Source: Alphaproteobacteria bacterium (GTDB lineage: Bacteria; Pseudomonadota; Alphaproteobacteria; CACIAM-22H2). Taken from it: a stretch of DNA of 64,000 nucleotides. The stretch covers positions 4,800,335 to 4,864,334 of the forward strand of contig OZ257155.1 of NCBI GenBank assembly GCA_965279355.1. Reading direction: 5' to 3'. Positions 8,587 through 16,729 of this stretch are shown piece by piece. The position numbers and the translations under genes were made by a program. Below the pieces are notes generated by a model. That model was not told the origin of the DNA and searched no databases. It saw only the letters and a program-made list of their open reading frames with translations. The first letter of the stretch is position 1. Every line of letters begins with the position of its first letter.

Positions 8587-8616
8587 TCCGCCTTCGCCAA
8601 GGCTTCGGCGGACAAG
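8587..8616. repeat. Short palindromic repeat (TCCGCCTTCGCCAAGGCTTCGGCGGACAAG)
   Basis: Hairpin with TCCGCC...GGCGGA stem, a widespread small intergenic repeat type. Confidence 0.65.
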
Positions 8617-8654
8617 TCCGCAGAAGAAGAGATAGCGGCGCATCAAAAATTATC

Positions 8655-8767
8655 TGTCATCCCAGCGAAAGCTGGGACCCATGTAACCCAATCTCTACGT
8701 AGCGGCGCCGGAACGTCCTCCCGGTGACCACCCAACGGCTGGGTCCCAGCTTTCGCTGGGATGACAA
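8655..8767 (-). repeat. ~113-bp palindromic element, copy 3 (inverted)
   Basis: The reverse complement is near-identical to copy 2, including the asymmetric core. Confidence 0.92.
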
Positions 8768-8811
8768 TGGGGAGTCGGATGACAGCAGGAGCAAAATAAT
8801 TTGTGGGTCAG

Positions 8812-8838
8812 AGTCGGCACCCACACCCCCCATTCGTC
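8812..8838 (+). promoter_or_regulatory. Putative ECF sigma promoter (AGTCGG-N17-CGTC)
   Basis: Lies upstream of the YciI/DGPF gene. A similar motif occurs upstream of the SRPBCC gene at 27533-27560. Confidence 0.45.
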
Positions 8839-8870
8839 GTTCCAGTAACGCAAACCGAAGGAGACGACCA

Positions 8871-9242
8871 ATGCGGGTCATGGTGCTGGTGAAGGCGACG
8901 GAGGACAGCGAAAAGGGCATTGATCTCCGCGCCCCGGAAACGCAGGCGTTGATGGCGGCGATGGGCCGGTTCAATGACGAGCTGATCAAGGCCGGCGTCC
9001 TGCGCGACGGTGACGGGCTCAAGCCGTCCTCCGCCGGCAAGCGGGTGGCGTTCGACGGGCCCGGCCGCACCGTCATCGACGGGCCGTTCGCCCATCCGCG
9101 CGAGCTGGTCGCCGGCTTCTGGCTGTGGACCGTCAAGGACATGGACGAGGCCGTCGCCTGGGCCAAACGCTGCCCCAATCCCATGCCGGGGCCGAGCGAG
9201 ATCGAGATCCGGCCGATGTATGAGGCGGAGGACTGGCAGTAG
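8871..9242 (+). CDS. YciI/DGPF family protein
   Basis: MRVMVLVKAT...GLKPSS.GKRV...VIDGPF...ELVAGFWLW; AAGGAG SD. Confidence 0.9.
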   Translation: MRVMVLVKATEDSEKGIDLRAPETQALMAAMGRFNDELIKAGVLRDGDGLKPSSAGKRVAFDGPGRTVIDGPFAHPRELVAGFWLWTVKDMDEAVAWAKRCPNPMPGPSEIEIRPMYEAEDWQ

Positions 9243-9299
9243 TCGGTTGAAGTTGAGGCGGCTGCGCCGCCGCTCATCTTCCGCTGTTATTAAAAACTA

Positions 9300-9458
9300 T
9301 TGTCATCCCAGCGAAAGCTGGGACCCAGCCGTTGGGTGGTCACCGGGAGGACGTTCCGGCGTAACTGCGTAGAGAGCGGGTTACATGGGCCCCACAGTTG
9401 CGCCGGTCGCCGGCCTTCAGGCCGCCGACGCGCCAAGAAGGGGGCGCTGGGGTGACAA
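9300..9458 (+). repeat. Palindromic element copy 4 with a ~50-bp hairpin inserted in the right arm
   Basis: Left arm and core match copy 2. The right-arm GCTTT is replaced by 9395-9444. Confidence 0.88.
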
Positions 9459-9537
9459 TTAGGGGTGGGGTGACAACCGGGGTGTGTGACAACAGGGGTA
9501 AGAGACAACGGAGGTAAGCGGCGACAGGCCGGGCGAC
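9445..9537 (+). repeat. Degenerate tandem repeat of GGGG(T)..GACA units (12-19 bp period)
   Basis: GAC(A) recurs at 9454, 9472, 9488, 9504, 9523 and 9535, each preceded by a G-rich run. Confidence 0.7.
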
Positions 9538-9606
9538 TAGACAAATTGTCTATGATTTTCAAAAACACGGTGAATCTGAGCGAACTGAGCGAACTTGGGA
9601 ATTCGG

Positions 9607-10056
9607 TCAGCCGCAGGCGCGCTCGAGCCGGTCCTTCAGGGCCGTGAAAAGCTCCGCCGCGAACCGCCGCTGCTGCCAGCGGATCAGCGCCGTGAGCGGA
9701 TGGCCGTCCTCCTCGACCACGGTGCAGGTCACCGCGGTCTGCTCGTCGGCGACCTCGGACAGCGTGTAGCTGACGCGCAGGGTGGCGCCGATGCCGAACC
9801 GGCTGGCGGTCACCAGGGTGGTGAAGGAGTCCATCGGCGAGATGTCGGCGACCGCGACCTTCAGCCTGACCGGCACCGTGAGGAACAGCGCCCTGAAGTT
9901 CAGGACCGCGACCAGCGTCGTCTCGTTGATAAACTCCATCTGCTCGATGGGCATGCTCTGGATGACGTTGCCGGCCAGCACGTCCCAGACCCGCGCCTGC
10001 GACGCGGCGATGATGCACTGGTGGCGCGCGAGGACCGGCTTCTGATCGGACGCCAT
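9607..10056 (-). CDS. SRPBCC/CoxG-like protein
   Basis: IIAASQARVWDVL START-fold N-terminal motif and C-terminal helix. Starts 4 bp after the flavoprotein stop. Confidence 0.65.
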   Translation of the reverse strand: MASDQKPVLARHQCIIAASQARVWDVLAGNVIQSMPIEQMEFINETTLVAVLNFRALFLTVPVRLKVAVADISPMDSFTTLVTASRFGIGATLRVSYTLSEVADEQTAVTCTVVEEDGHPLTALIRWQQRRFAAELFTALKDRLERACG

Positions 10057-10060
10057 CGCT

Positions 10061-11533
10061 CTAGGACCGGGGCGCTTCCGCCGCCGCGTTCGCGCCGGCG
10101 ATGCGGCCGACCGCCAGCGCCTCGCCGACATTGCCGCCGCCGCAATAGAAATGCCCCCACAGCGAGCCGAGCTCGCCCGCCGAATAGAGCCGCGCGATCG
10201 GCTTGCCATCGGTATCGACCACGCGCGCCTTCGCATCGCGGCGCGGGCCGCCCATGGTGTTGACGATGCGCGGCCACAGCTCGACGGCGTAGTAGGGCGG
10301 AGTCAGAAGACCCTGCAGCGTGTCCCTGGAGCGGTGGAAGTCGCTGTCGTTGCCGCTCTTGCAGTGTTCGTTATAGCGGGCGATGGATTTTTCCAGCACC
10401 GCCGGATCCATCCCGATCTTTTGCGCCAGCTCGCCGACCGTCCGGCCTTCCTTGATCCAGCCCTTGGCGATCTCGGCGGAATTGTCGGCGCTCCATTTAT
10501 AGGTGAGGCCGTAGCCGGAGCCGAAGAAGGCGAGGGAGCCCTTGCGCAGCGTGTCGCGGTCGCAGATGCCGTAGATCGGCAGCGTGGGAAAGCCGGGGCT
10601 CTTGGGATCGCTCACCGACACCGCCTGCCACGCGAAATGGATTTCCCATCCCGTCTCGTTGGCAAACCGCTTGCCGACCTTGTTGACATAGATGAAGCCG
10701 GGTGCGGCGTAGGAAATGCCGAACGGCGCCGTCCACGCCTCCGTCTTCACGCCGAACCCGCCGACGGTCACGCCCATATGCCACATCTGCGCGCCGAGCT
10801 TGCGCGTCATGGTGATGCCGTCGCCGGTGTTGCCGGGGTTGCCGATGCCGGGCATCGGCATGATGGGGAGATACTCTTCCTTCATCGCCTCGTTGAACTC
10901 GAACCCGCCGCAGCTGAGGATGACGCCGCGCCTGGCCTTGACGGTGATCTTGCGACCCTGATGCTCGGCGATCGCGCCGGTGACTTCGCCCCTGTCATTG
11001 GTTGTCAGGTCCCGCACCGGCGTGTCGGTGAAGACCCGGATCCCGCGTTTCTCGACATTGCCGGAGAGCAGCCGCCACAGGCGCTCGCCGTTCTTCTCGC
11101 CCTCCAGTTCCGGCGGGACCGTATGGTTCACCATCGCCGAGGCGCCGGGAAAATTCGGCCAGGACGGATGGGTGATCGTCGGGTAACGCACGTTCAGCAT
11201 GTGCGTCGTCTTGTGCGTGCCGCCGAGGCTTTCGATCCACTTCTTGTTTTCAGCAGAGGCCGTGACAAACGCCTCGATCACCGCGCGGTCGGTGCGGCCG
11301 AGGCAGAGTGCCTCGATATGCTCAATCGCCTGCTGTTCCTTGCCTTCGGGCGGGCAGAACCAGGAACAGTTGCTGACCCGCGTATTGCCGCCGCCCTGCG
11401 GCATCTTCTCCAGCACGATGACGTCCGCGCCGCTGTCCTTCGCGGTGATCGCGGCAGACGCGCCAGCGCCGCCATAGCCGATGATCAGGACGTCGGTTTC
11501 GATCTCGTCGGCGGGACGGGGCTGTTCGCTCAT
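10061..11533 (-). CDS. FAD-binding oxidoreductase (fumarate reductase/ketosteroid dehydrogenase flavoprotein family)
   Basis: DVLIIGYGGAGASAAI, EK..GGNT, GVILSCGGFE, NTGDG, TMGG and LYSAGE motifs. Confidence 0.88.
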   Translation of the reverse strand: MSEQPRPADEIETDVLIIGYGGAGASAAITAKDSGADVIVLEKMPQGGGNTRVSNCSWFCPPEGKEQQAIEHIEALCLGRTDRAVIEAFVTASAENKKWIESLGGTHKTTHMLNVRYPTITHPSWPNFPGASAMVNHTVPPELEGEKNGERLWRLLSGNVEKRGIRVFTDTPVRDLTTNDRGEVTGAIAEHQGRKITVKARRGVILSCGGFEFNEAMKEEYLPIMPMPGIGNPGNTGDGITMTRKLGAQMWHMGVTVGGFGVKTEAWTAPFGISYAAPGFIYVNKVGKRFANETGWEIHFAWQAVSVSDPKSPGFPTLPIYGICDRDTLRKGSLAFFGSGYGLTYKWSADNSAEIAKGWIKEGRTVGELAQKIGMDPAVLEKSIARYNEHCKSGNDSDFHRSRDTLQGLLTPPYYAVELWPRIVNTMGGPRRDAKARVVDTDGKPIARLYSAGELGSLWGHFYCGGGNVGEALAVGRIAGANAAAEAPRS

Positions 11534-11547
11534 CGTGGTCCGTGTCG

Positions 11548-12555
11548 TTAGCGGCGCTGGGTCGGAATGAAGGAGGTGTCGACGATGGCCTTGGCGTCGA
11601 CGGTCTCGCTGACCATCTTGAGGTCCTGCCAGGTCTTGATCTGCATCGCGAGGTTCTCGACATCGATCTGGATCGCGGGGTCGGCATAGCCCAGCAGCTT
11701 GGCCATCTCGTGCGGGTCCTTGACCCGGATGCGCGGCTTCATGAGCTCCATCATCGCCTCATAGCCGGGGCCGGGGACGAAATTCCCCTGCGCATCGCGC
11801 TGGTTGAACACGCGGTTGTATTCCGCGGCGCCCTTCTGCAGGCCGCGCACTGCCTTCGCCACGATGTCCCGCTTGGTCTCGATCAGCTTCGGGTTGGTGT
11901 ACATGCCGCTGAAGAGGAAAGTCTCGACCTCGCCGGCCCAGGCAATCGTCCTGCCCTGGCCGTCCGCCTCCAGCTGCGGGATCTGGCCGACATGCAGGAT
12001 GGCCATGTCCGCCTGGCCGCCCAGCAGGGCCGCGAGCTGATTCGCAATCGTCTGGGTCTGCACCAGCCGGACCGACTCCTTGGGGTGGTTGTATTTCCGC
12101 ATCGCCGCAAGGATCGTGTAATGCACCGCCGATCCGAACGTGGCGAGTGCCACGGAGCGGCCCGGCATATCGGCCAGTGTCCTGAGCCCGGACTCGTACG
12201 CCTTGTTGTTGACGAAATAGCCGTACTGCTTGAAGCCCGGCTGCTCCGTGCCGACGCCGGCGACGAGTTTGATGCCGCCGCGTCCCGCGAGATTGAACAG
12301 CGCCGCGCCGAAGGAGGAGACGCCGAAGTCGATGTCGCCGGAGACCACGGCCGAGGAGATGGAGGGCGCGTTCTGGAAGTCGACGATCTCGGCGTCGAGC
12401 CCTTCCTCGCGCATATAGCCCTTGTCGACGGCGACGAGGATGGGGGCGATGCCCGACAGCACGATGGTGCCGAACTTCACCTTGGGCATGGTCTGGGCCA
12501 TGGCGCCGTCGCTCAGCAGAAGTGCAAAGGCGGTGAGAGCGATAAGTTTTTTCAC
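11548..12555 (-). CDS. ABC substrate-binding protein, SsuA/THI5-like
   Basis: GTG start with GGAGG SD, a signal peptide, and AVDKGY..EEGLD...SGDIDF. Confidence 0.85.
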   Translation of the reverse strand: MKKLIALTAFALLLSDGAMAQTMPKVKFGTIVLSGIAPILVAVDKGYMREEGLDAEIVDFQNAPSISSAVVSGDIDFGVSSFGAALFNLAGRGGIKLVAGVGTEQPGFKQYGYFVNNKAYESGLRTLADMPGRSVALATFGSAVHYTILAAMRKYNHPKESVRLVQTQTIANQLAALLGGQADMAILHVGQIPQLEADGQGRTIAWAGEVETFLFSGMYTNPKLIETKRDIVAKAVRGLQKGAAEYNRVFNQRDAQGNFVPGPGYEAMMELMKPRIRVKDPHEMAKLLGYADPAIQIDVENLAMQIKTWQDLKMVSETVDAKAIVDTSFIPTQRR

Positions 12556-12610
12556 GATGTCCTCCCAGTTCCTGTCGGTCGCCGTTCTTGCGGGCGTTTC
12601 GGTGGCCGTT

Positions 12611-12653
12611 ATTGACGTTCGACAAGATAATCCCAACTGTGATTAATTGTCAA
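12611..12653. promoter_or_regulatory. Divergent promoter region with candidate MarR operator (TAATC-N8-GATTA)
   Basis: TTGACG on + and TTGACA on - flank an inverted repeat between the divergent SBP and MarR genes. Confidence 0.45.
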
Positions 12654-12744
12654 AACGGCGGACGGGTTGCCGGCGTGGGGCGGTTTCCGCTAAACCGGCG
12701 GTGCCGCGCGTCGGCTGAAAGTTTCGGCGAGGAAGGAAACGATC

Positions 12745-13242
12745 TTGGCTGGTGACAATCTCCAGGAAGAACAACTGAAGCGGCTGAACTTCCTCGTCCG
12801 GCGCATGCACCAGACGGCCGATGCGCTGTTTCTGGAGGAGGCGGGGGGCTTCGACATCACGCCGGTGCAGATGGCATCGCTGCGCGCCATCCAGGCCCGC
12901 CCCGGCGTCGATCAGCTGCGGCTCGCCCACGCGATCAAGCTGGACCGCAATACGATCGCCGGCGTGGTGCGGCGCCTGCAACAGAAGAAGCTCATCGTGC
13001 GCCGGCAGAATGCGAGCGATCGCCGCGCCAACCTTCTCTTCGTCACCCCGGCCGGGGAGAAGCTCCTGGCGGAACTCCTGCCCGCCGTCGACCGCGCGCA
13101 GAAGCGCATGCTTGGTCCGCTGAAAGCCGACGAGCGAAAGCTCCTGCTGGATCTAATCGTACGGGTGGTGAATCAGGATCTTGCGAAAACCCGGAACAGT
13201 CGGCCGGTTGCCGAAGTCCGGCGGCGCCGCAAGGCCGCCTGA
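12745..13242 (+). CDS. MarR family regulator
   Basis: FLVRRMHQ...ITPVQ...VVRRL..K.LI.R...DRRA. Confidence 0.9.
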   Translation: MAGDNLQEEQLKRLNFLVRRMHQTADALFLEEAGGFDITPVQMASLRAIQARPGVDQLRLAHAIKLDRNTIAGVVRRLQQKKLIVRRQNASDRRANLLFVTPAGEKLLAELLPAVDRAQKRMLGPLKADERKLLLDLIVRVVNQDLAKTRNSRPVAEVRRRRKAA

Positions 13243-13671
13243 CTAGAAGTTGATCTTCACCGACGGCGTGCTCCGCTTGTGTTCGCCGTGATAGACCGCC
13301 TCGATGTTGTTGCCGTCGGGGTCCAGCAGGAACGCCGCGTAGTAGCCGGGATGGTAGGGGCGGTCGCCTGGCGCGCCGTTGTCCTTGCCACCGGCCTTCA
13401 GTCCGGCCTTGTGAAAGGCCTCGACCGTCGTCTTGTCCTTAGCCTGGAAGGCAAGGTGATGGCGGCCGGTCAGTTTCCCTTGCGCCGCCGCGCTGTCGGC
13501 GGTTGAGACGCACAACTCGTCGAACCAGAAGAAGTCTTTCTCCGAACCGCCGATCGGCACGTCCAGCACGGCAAAGACCGCGTCATAAAATTTCCGGCTT
13601 GCCGCCAGATCCTTCACGACAAGCTGGATGTGATCGATCAGCCGGCCGCGATGCAGTTCCATCGTTTCCAT
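13243..13671 (-). CDS. VOC/glyoxalase family protein
   Basis: IDHIQLVV, HLAFQA, DNGAPG.RPYHPGYYAAFLLDPDGNNIEAV. Confidence 0.92.
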   Translation of the reverse strand: METMELHRGRLIDHIQLVVKDLAASRKFYDAVFAVLDVPIGGSEKDFFWFDELCVSTADSAAAQGKLTGRHHLAFQAKDKTTVEAFHKAGLKAGGKDNGAPGDRPYHPGYYAAFLLDPDGNNIEAVYHGEHKRSTPSVKINF

Positions 13672-13841
13672 CAGGTGCCTCCTGTCGGGTGCAGGAGATC
13701 AACGCCGGTTACCCGGCACGGTTTCGTATCAGAGCGGATTTTGCTTTCCGGGATACCGCTGGACCTAAGTCATGGTTCGATTGCGCGTACGACCGGGGCA
13801 TCGATCCCCCATGCCCCGGCCTTTATCGCGATCGCAACCCG

Positions 13842-14921
13842 TTACAGCTTCGCTTCCAGGATCAGATTGAAGGGCGTCTCCATCGCGCGGCGAAAGCGGG
13901 TGAAGCCGGCCTTGCGGAACACGTCGGCCAACCGTGTCTCGCCGGCCTGCGCGCCGAGCACCATATGCCCGCCTTCCGAGATCGCGTGCGCGACGCAGAT
14001 CGTGGTCGATGCGGCATAGTAGAGGCGGGCGACCGGCGAGATGTTGTCCTCGACCCGGTCGTTGGCGAACGGCTCCACCAGCATCACCGTACCATTCGGG
14101 GCCAGTGCCTTTGCCGCATGTGTCGCCGCCGCCAGCGGATCGCCCATGTCGTGCAGGGCGTCGAAGAAACAGATCAGGTCGTAGCCTGCGGCAGGATAGT
14201 CGTCGGCGCGCGCCGGCGCGAAGAGCGCGCGGTCGCCAAGTCCTGCCATCTCCGCGTTCCGTTGCGCTTCGGCGACGGAGTCCGGATGGGTGTCGAACCC
14301 CGCGAAGCGCGAGGCCGGGAAGGCTTCCGCCATTAGCATTGTCGAATATCCGTGACCGCAGCCGATATCGGCGACCCGCGCGCCTTTCGTGAGCTTCGCG
14401 ACCACGCCGTCGAGGGCCGGCAGCCATTGCGGAACAAGGCTGGCGCGATAGCCGTTGCGATAGAAGGCGGCGACGCCGCAGGCGAGGCGGCCGTCATGAT
14501 CGCCCCACGGAATGCCGTTGCCGGTGCGGAACGCCGCGATCGCCTTGTCCTCATCCGCCCACATCGACGCCGGCACCGACCATGCCGTGGGGATGAAGGC
14601 CGGGCTGTTTTCGTCGGCCAGCACCAGGACCTGCTCGGGCGTCATCTCATAGGTGCCGCTGATCGCGTGATAGTCGAGATAGCCGCCGGCCACCTGCGAA
14701 TTGAGCCACTCGCGAACATAGCGTTCCGCACATTGCGCCCGCTTGGCGAGATCGCGCGAGGTGAGGGGGCCGGCGCCGGCCATCGCCTTGTAGAGGCCGA
14801 GCCGGTTACCGATGCTGATCATCACGCCACCGTAGCCGGCCGAGATATCGGCAATGGCGCGACCGACAAGCGCATCGAGCTTCGCGCTGTCGAGGGGGTT
14901 ACGTGGGCTTTCCATGTTCAT
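13842..14921 (-). CDS. SAM-dependent methyltransferase with N-terminal wHTH (Rv2258c-like)
   Basis: LGLY..MA...ERYVREWL, VADIGCGHG, DALHDMGDP, LGAQAGE. Confidence 0.88.
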   Translation of the reverse strand: MNMESPRNPLDSAKLDALVGRAIADISAGYGGVMISIGNRLGLYKAMAGAGPLTSRDLAKRAQCAERYVREWLNSQVAGGYLDYHAISGTYEMTPEQVLVLADENSPAFIPTAWSVPASMWADEDKAIAAFRTGNGIPWGDHDGRLACGVAAFYRNGYRASLVPQWLPALDGVVAKLTKGARVADIGCGHGYSTMLMAEAFPASRFAGFDTHPDSVAEAQRNAEMAGLGDRALFAPARADDYPAAGYDLICFFDALHDMGDPLAAATHAAKALAPNGTVMLVEPFANDRVEDNISPVARLYYAASTTICVAHAISEGGHMVLGAQAGETRLADVFRKAGFTRFRRAMETPFNLILEAKL

Positions 14922-15066
14922 GGCATGTCTCCTATTCCGAACCCCGGAAGCGTCCGGGCGATGACGGGACCATCGCAGCCGGGGCACGTCTGCGGCAGAG
15001 CCGGGCTGTCCAAAATCGGGCCATTTGTGCCAGTGTCCGTCGATTGCCGCTCCCGACAGGTCCCTA

Positions 15067-16119
15067 ATGCCCCGCCCGACCAGTTCAGTCCGCGCGCGAC
15101 CGCTCCATGTCAGTCTTGTCGCGACCCCCGAGGCGGTGCTCTCGACGCTCGCCGGCATTTACGATGTGATGAACGCCTTCTCGGTCATGCCGCGCGACGG
15201 CAGTGCGCCGGCGCCGCCGTTCAAGGTCGAGATCGTCGGGATGAAAACGGGGCTGCTGGATCTCGCGAGCCATATCCCGATCACGGTGCAGCGTCGCATT
15301 TCGTCGATCGCGACGACCGACATCGTCATCGTGCCCTCGATCCTGCTGGGGCCGGACGGCTGGCAGAAGGGCCGCTCTCCGGAGCTGGTCGACTGGCTGC
15401 GCCAGATGTATCGCCGCGGCGCGCTGCTGTGCTCGGCGTGCTCGGGGATTTTCCTGCTCGCCGAGACCGGTCTGTTCGACGGCATGGAGTCCACTGTTCA
15501 TTTCGGCTACGCGCGCTCTTTCGCCGAGGCCTATCCCGCGGTCCCCATCCATCCGGAGCGCGTGCTCGTCATATCGGGAAAGCGCGAGGAGCTGATCAGC
15601 TCCGGCGCCTCGATGACCTGGCACGATCTGGTGCTGTATCTCATCGGCCGTCACGCTGGCGCCACCGCTGCGCAATCGGTGGCGCGGTTCTTCGCCCTGC
15701 AATGGCACCAGGACGGGCTGGCGCCTTACATCGTCTTCGAGGGCCGCAACGATCACGGCGACCGGCCGATCCAGACGGCGCAGGACTGGGTGGCCCGCCA
15801 TTTTTCGGTGGCGGCGCCGGTGGAGGAGATGATGCGGCGTTCGGGTCTCGCGGACCGCACCTTCAAGCGGCGTTTCACCGCCGCCACCGGCCTGAGCCCC
15901 ATCGCCTATGTGCAGCGCCTGCGCATCGAGGACGCCAAGCGGCGGCTGGAGCGCACCGAAGCGTCCGTCGACGACATCAGCTGGCAGGTCGGCTACGAGG
16001 AGCCGGCTTTCTTCCGCCGTCTCTTCAGGCGCGTCACCGGCCTGTCGCCGGGTCACTACCGCCGCCGCTTCCAGGTGCCGGAATTCGCGAAGACGACGGC
16101 GAAGAAGCGAAAAGGGTAA
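15067..16119 (+). CDS. GlxA-family AraC regulator (DJ-1/PfpI + HTH)
   Basis: SACSG.FLLAETGLFDG; C-terminal AraC HTH with VGYEEPAFFRRLF. Start is approximate. Confidence 0.9.
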   Translation: MPRPTSSVRARPLHVSLVATPEAVLSTLAGIYDVMNAFSVMPRDGSAPAPPFKVEIVGMKTGLLDLASHIPITVQRRISSIATTDIVIVPSILLGPDGWQKGRSPELVDWLRQMYRRGALLCSACSGIFLLAETGLFDGMESTVHFGYARSFAEAYPAVPIHPERVLVISGKREELISSGASMTWHDLVLYLIGRHAGATAAQSVARFFALQWHQDGLAPYIVFEGRNDHGDRPIQTAQDWVARHFSVAAPVEEMMRRSGLADRTFKRRFTAATGLSPIAYVQRLRIEDAKRRLERTEASVDDISWQVGYEEPAFFRRLFRRVTGLSPGHYRRRFQVPEFAKTTAKKRKG

Positions 16120-16123
16120 GCGG

Positions 16124-16687
16124 CTAAAACCCGAGCGACTGCTGCGCGGGCGGGGGCGGTCCGACCGTCACGCCTTCAAGTTCCAGCATGTGGAGTTTTG
16201 TTGCCGAACCGCCAGGCGCGGAAAAGCCACCGACTTTGCCACCCGCTGCCAGAACACGATGGCAGGGGATGATCAGCGGCACGGGATTTCGCGCCATCGC
16301 CACACCGACATCGCGCGCGACTTCAGGTCCGGCGCCCAGTTCTTTTGCCAGCGTGCCGTAGGTCGTGGTCTGCCCCCAGCCGACGCGGCGCAACGCCGTA
16401 TAGATCTGTTTGAAGAAGGCGTCCTGTCCATAGAGGTCGAGCGCGACGTCTGAGAAGTCGATCTTCTCGCCGGCGAAGTAGCGCTTCACGGCATCGACGA
16501 TGGCGGTGATCTTTTCCGTCGGCGTTCCCGGTGTCGCTTGCGGTACATGGCGCCGCAGATTGCGTTCGGTTGCGGCGGCTGTTGGCGACGGTAACTGGAA
16601 GCGTGTCACGCCCGTGTCGTTCCAGGCGATCCCGCAAAAGCCTGCGGCGGTTTCGAAGATGAAAGCGTGGTCCATGGCAGCGTTCAT
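16124..16687 (-). CDS. ogt: Methylated-DNA-protein-cysteine methyltransferase
   Basis: TYG.LA...ARDVG.AMARNPVPLIIPCHRV. Confidence 0.92.
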   Translation of the reverse strand: MNAAMDHAFIFETAAGFCGIAWNDTGVTRFQLPSPTAAATERNLRRHVPQATPGTPTEKITAIVDAVKRYFAGEKIDFSDVALDLYGQDAFFKQIYTALRRVGWGQTTTYGTLAKELGAGPEVARDVGVAMARNPVPLIIPCHRVLAAGGKVGGFSAPGGSATKLHMLELEGVTVGPPPPAQQSLGF

Positions 16688-16729
16688 TCTGCATGGCCGG
16701 CAGGCGCCTGCACAACCCGGATCGTGACT

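Noticed and set aside
2266-9537. Repeats as a CRISPR array
   Set aside because: Copies are kilobases apart in mixed orientation. The short tandem units are degenerate with a 12-19 bp period and no unique spacers. No cas genes are present.
2400-9600. Integron cassette array
   Set aside because: No RYYYAAC...GTTRRRY attC boundaries, no integrase, and genes lie in mixed orientation.
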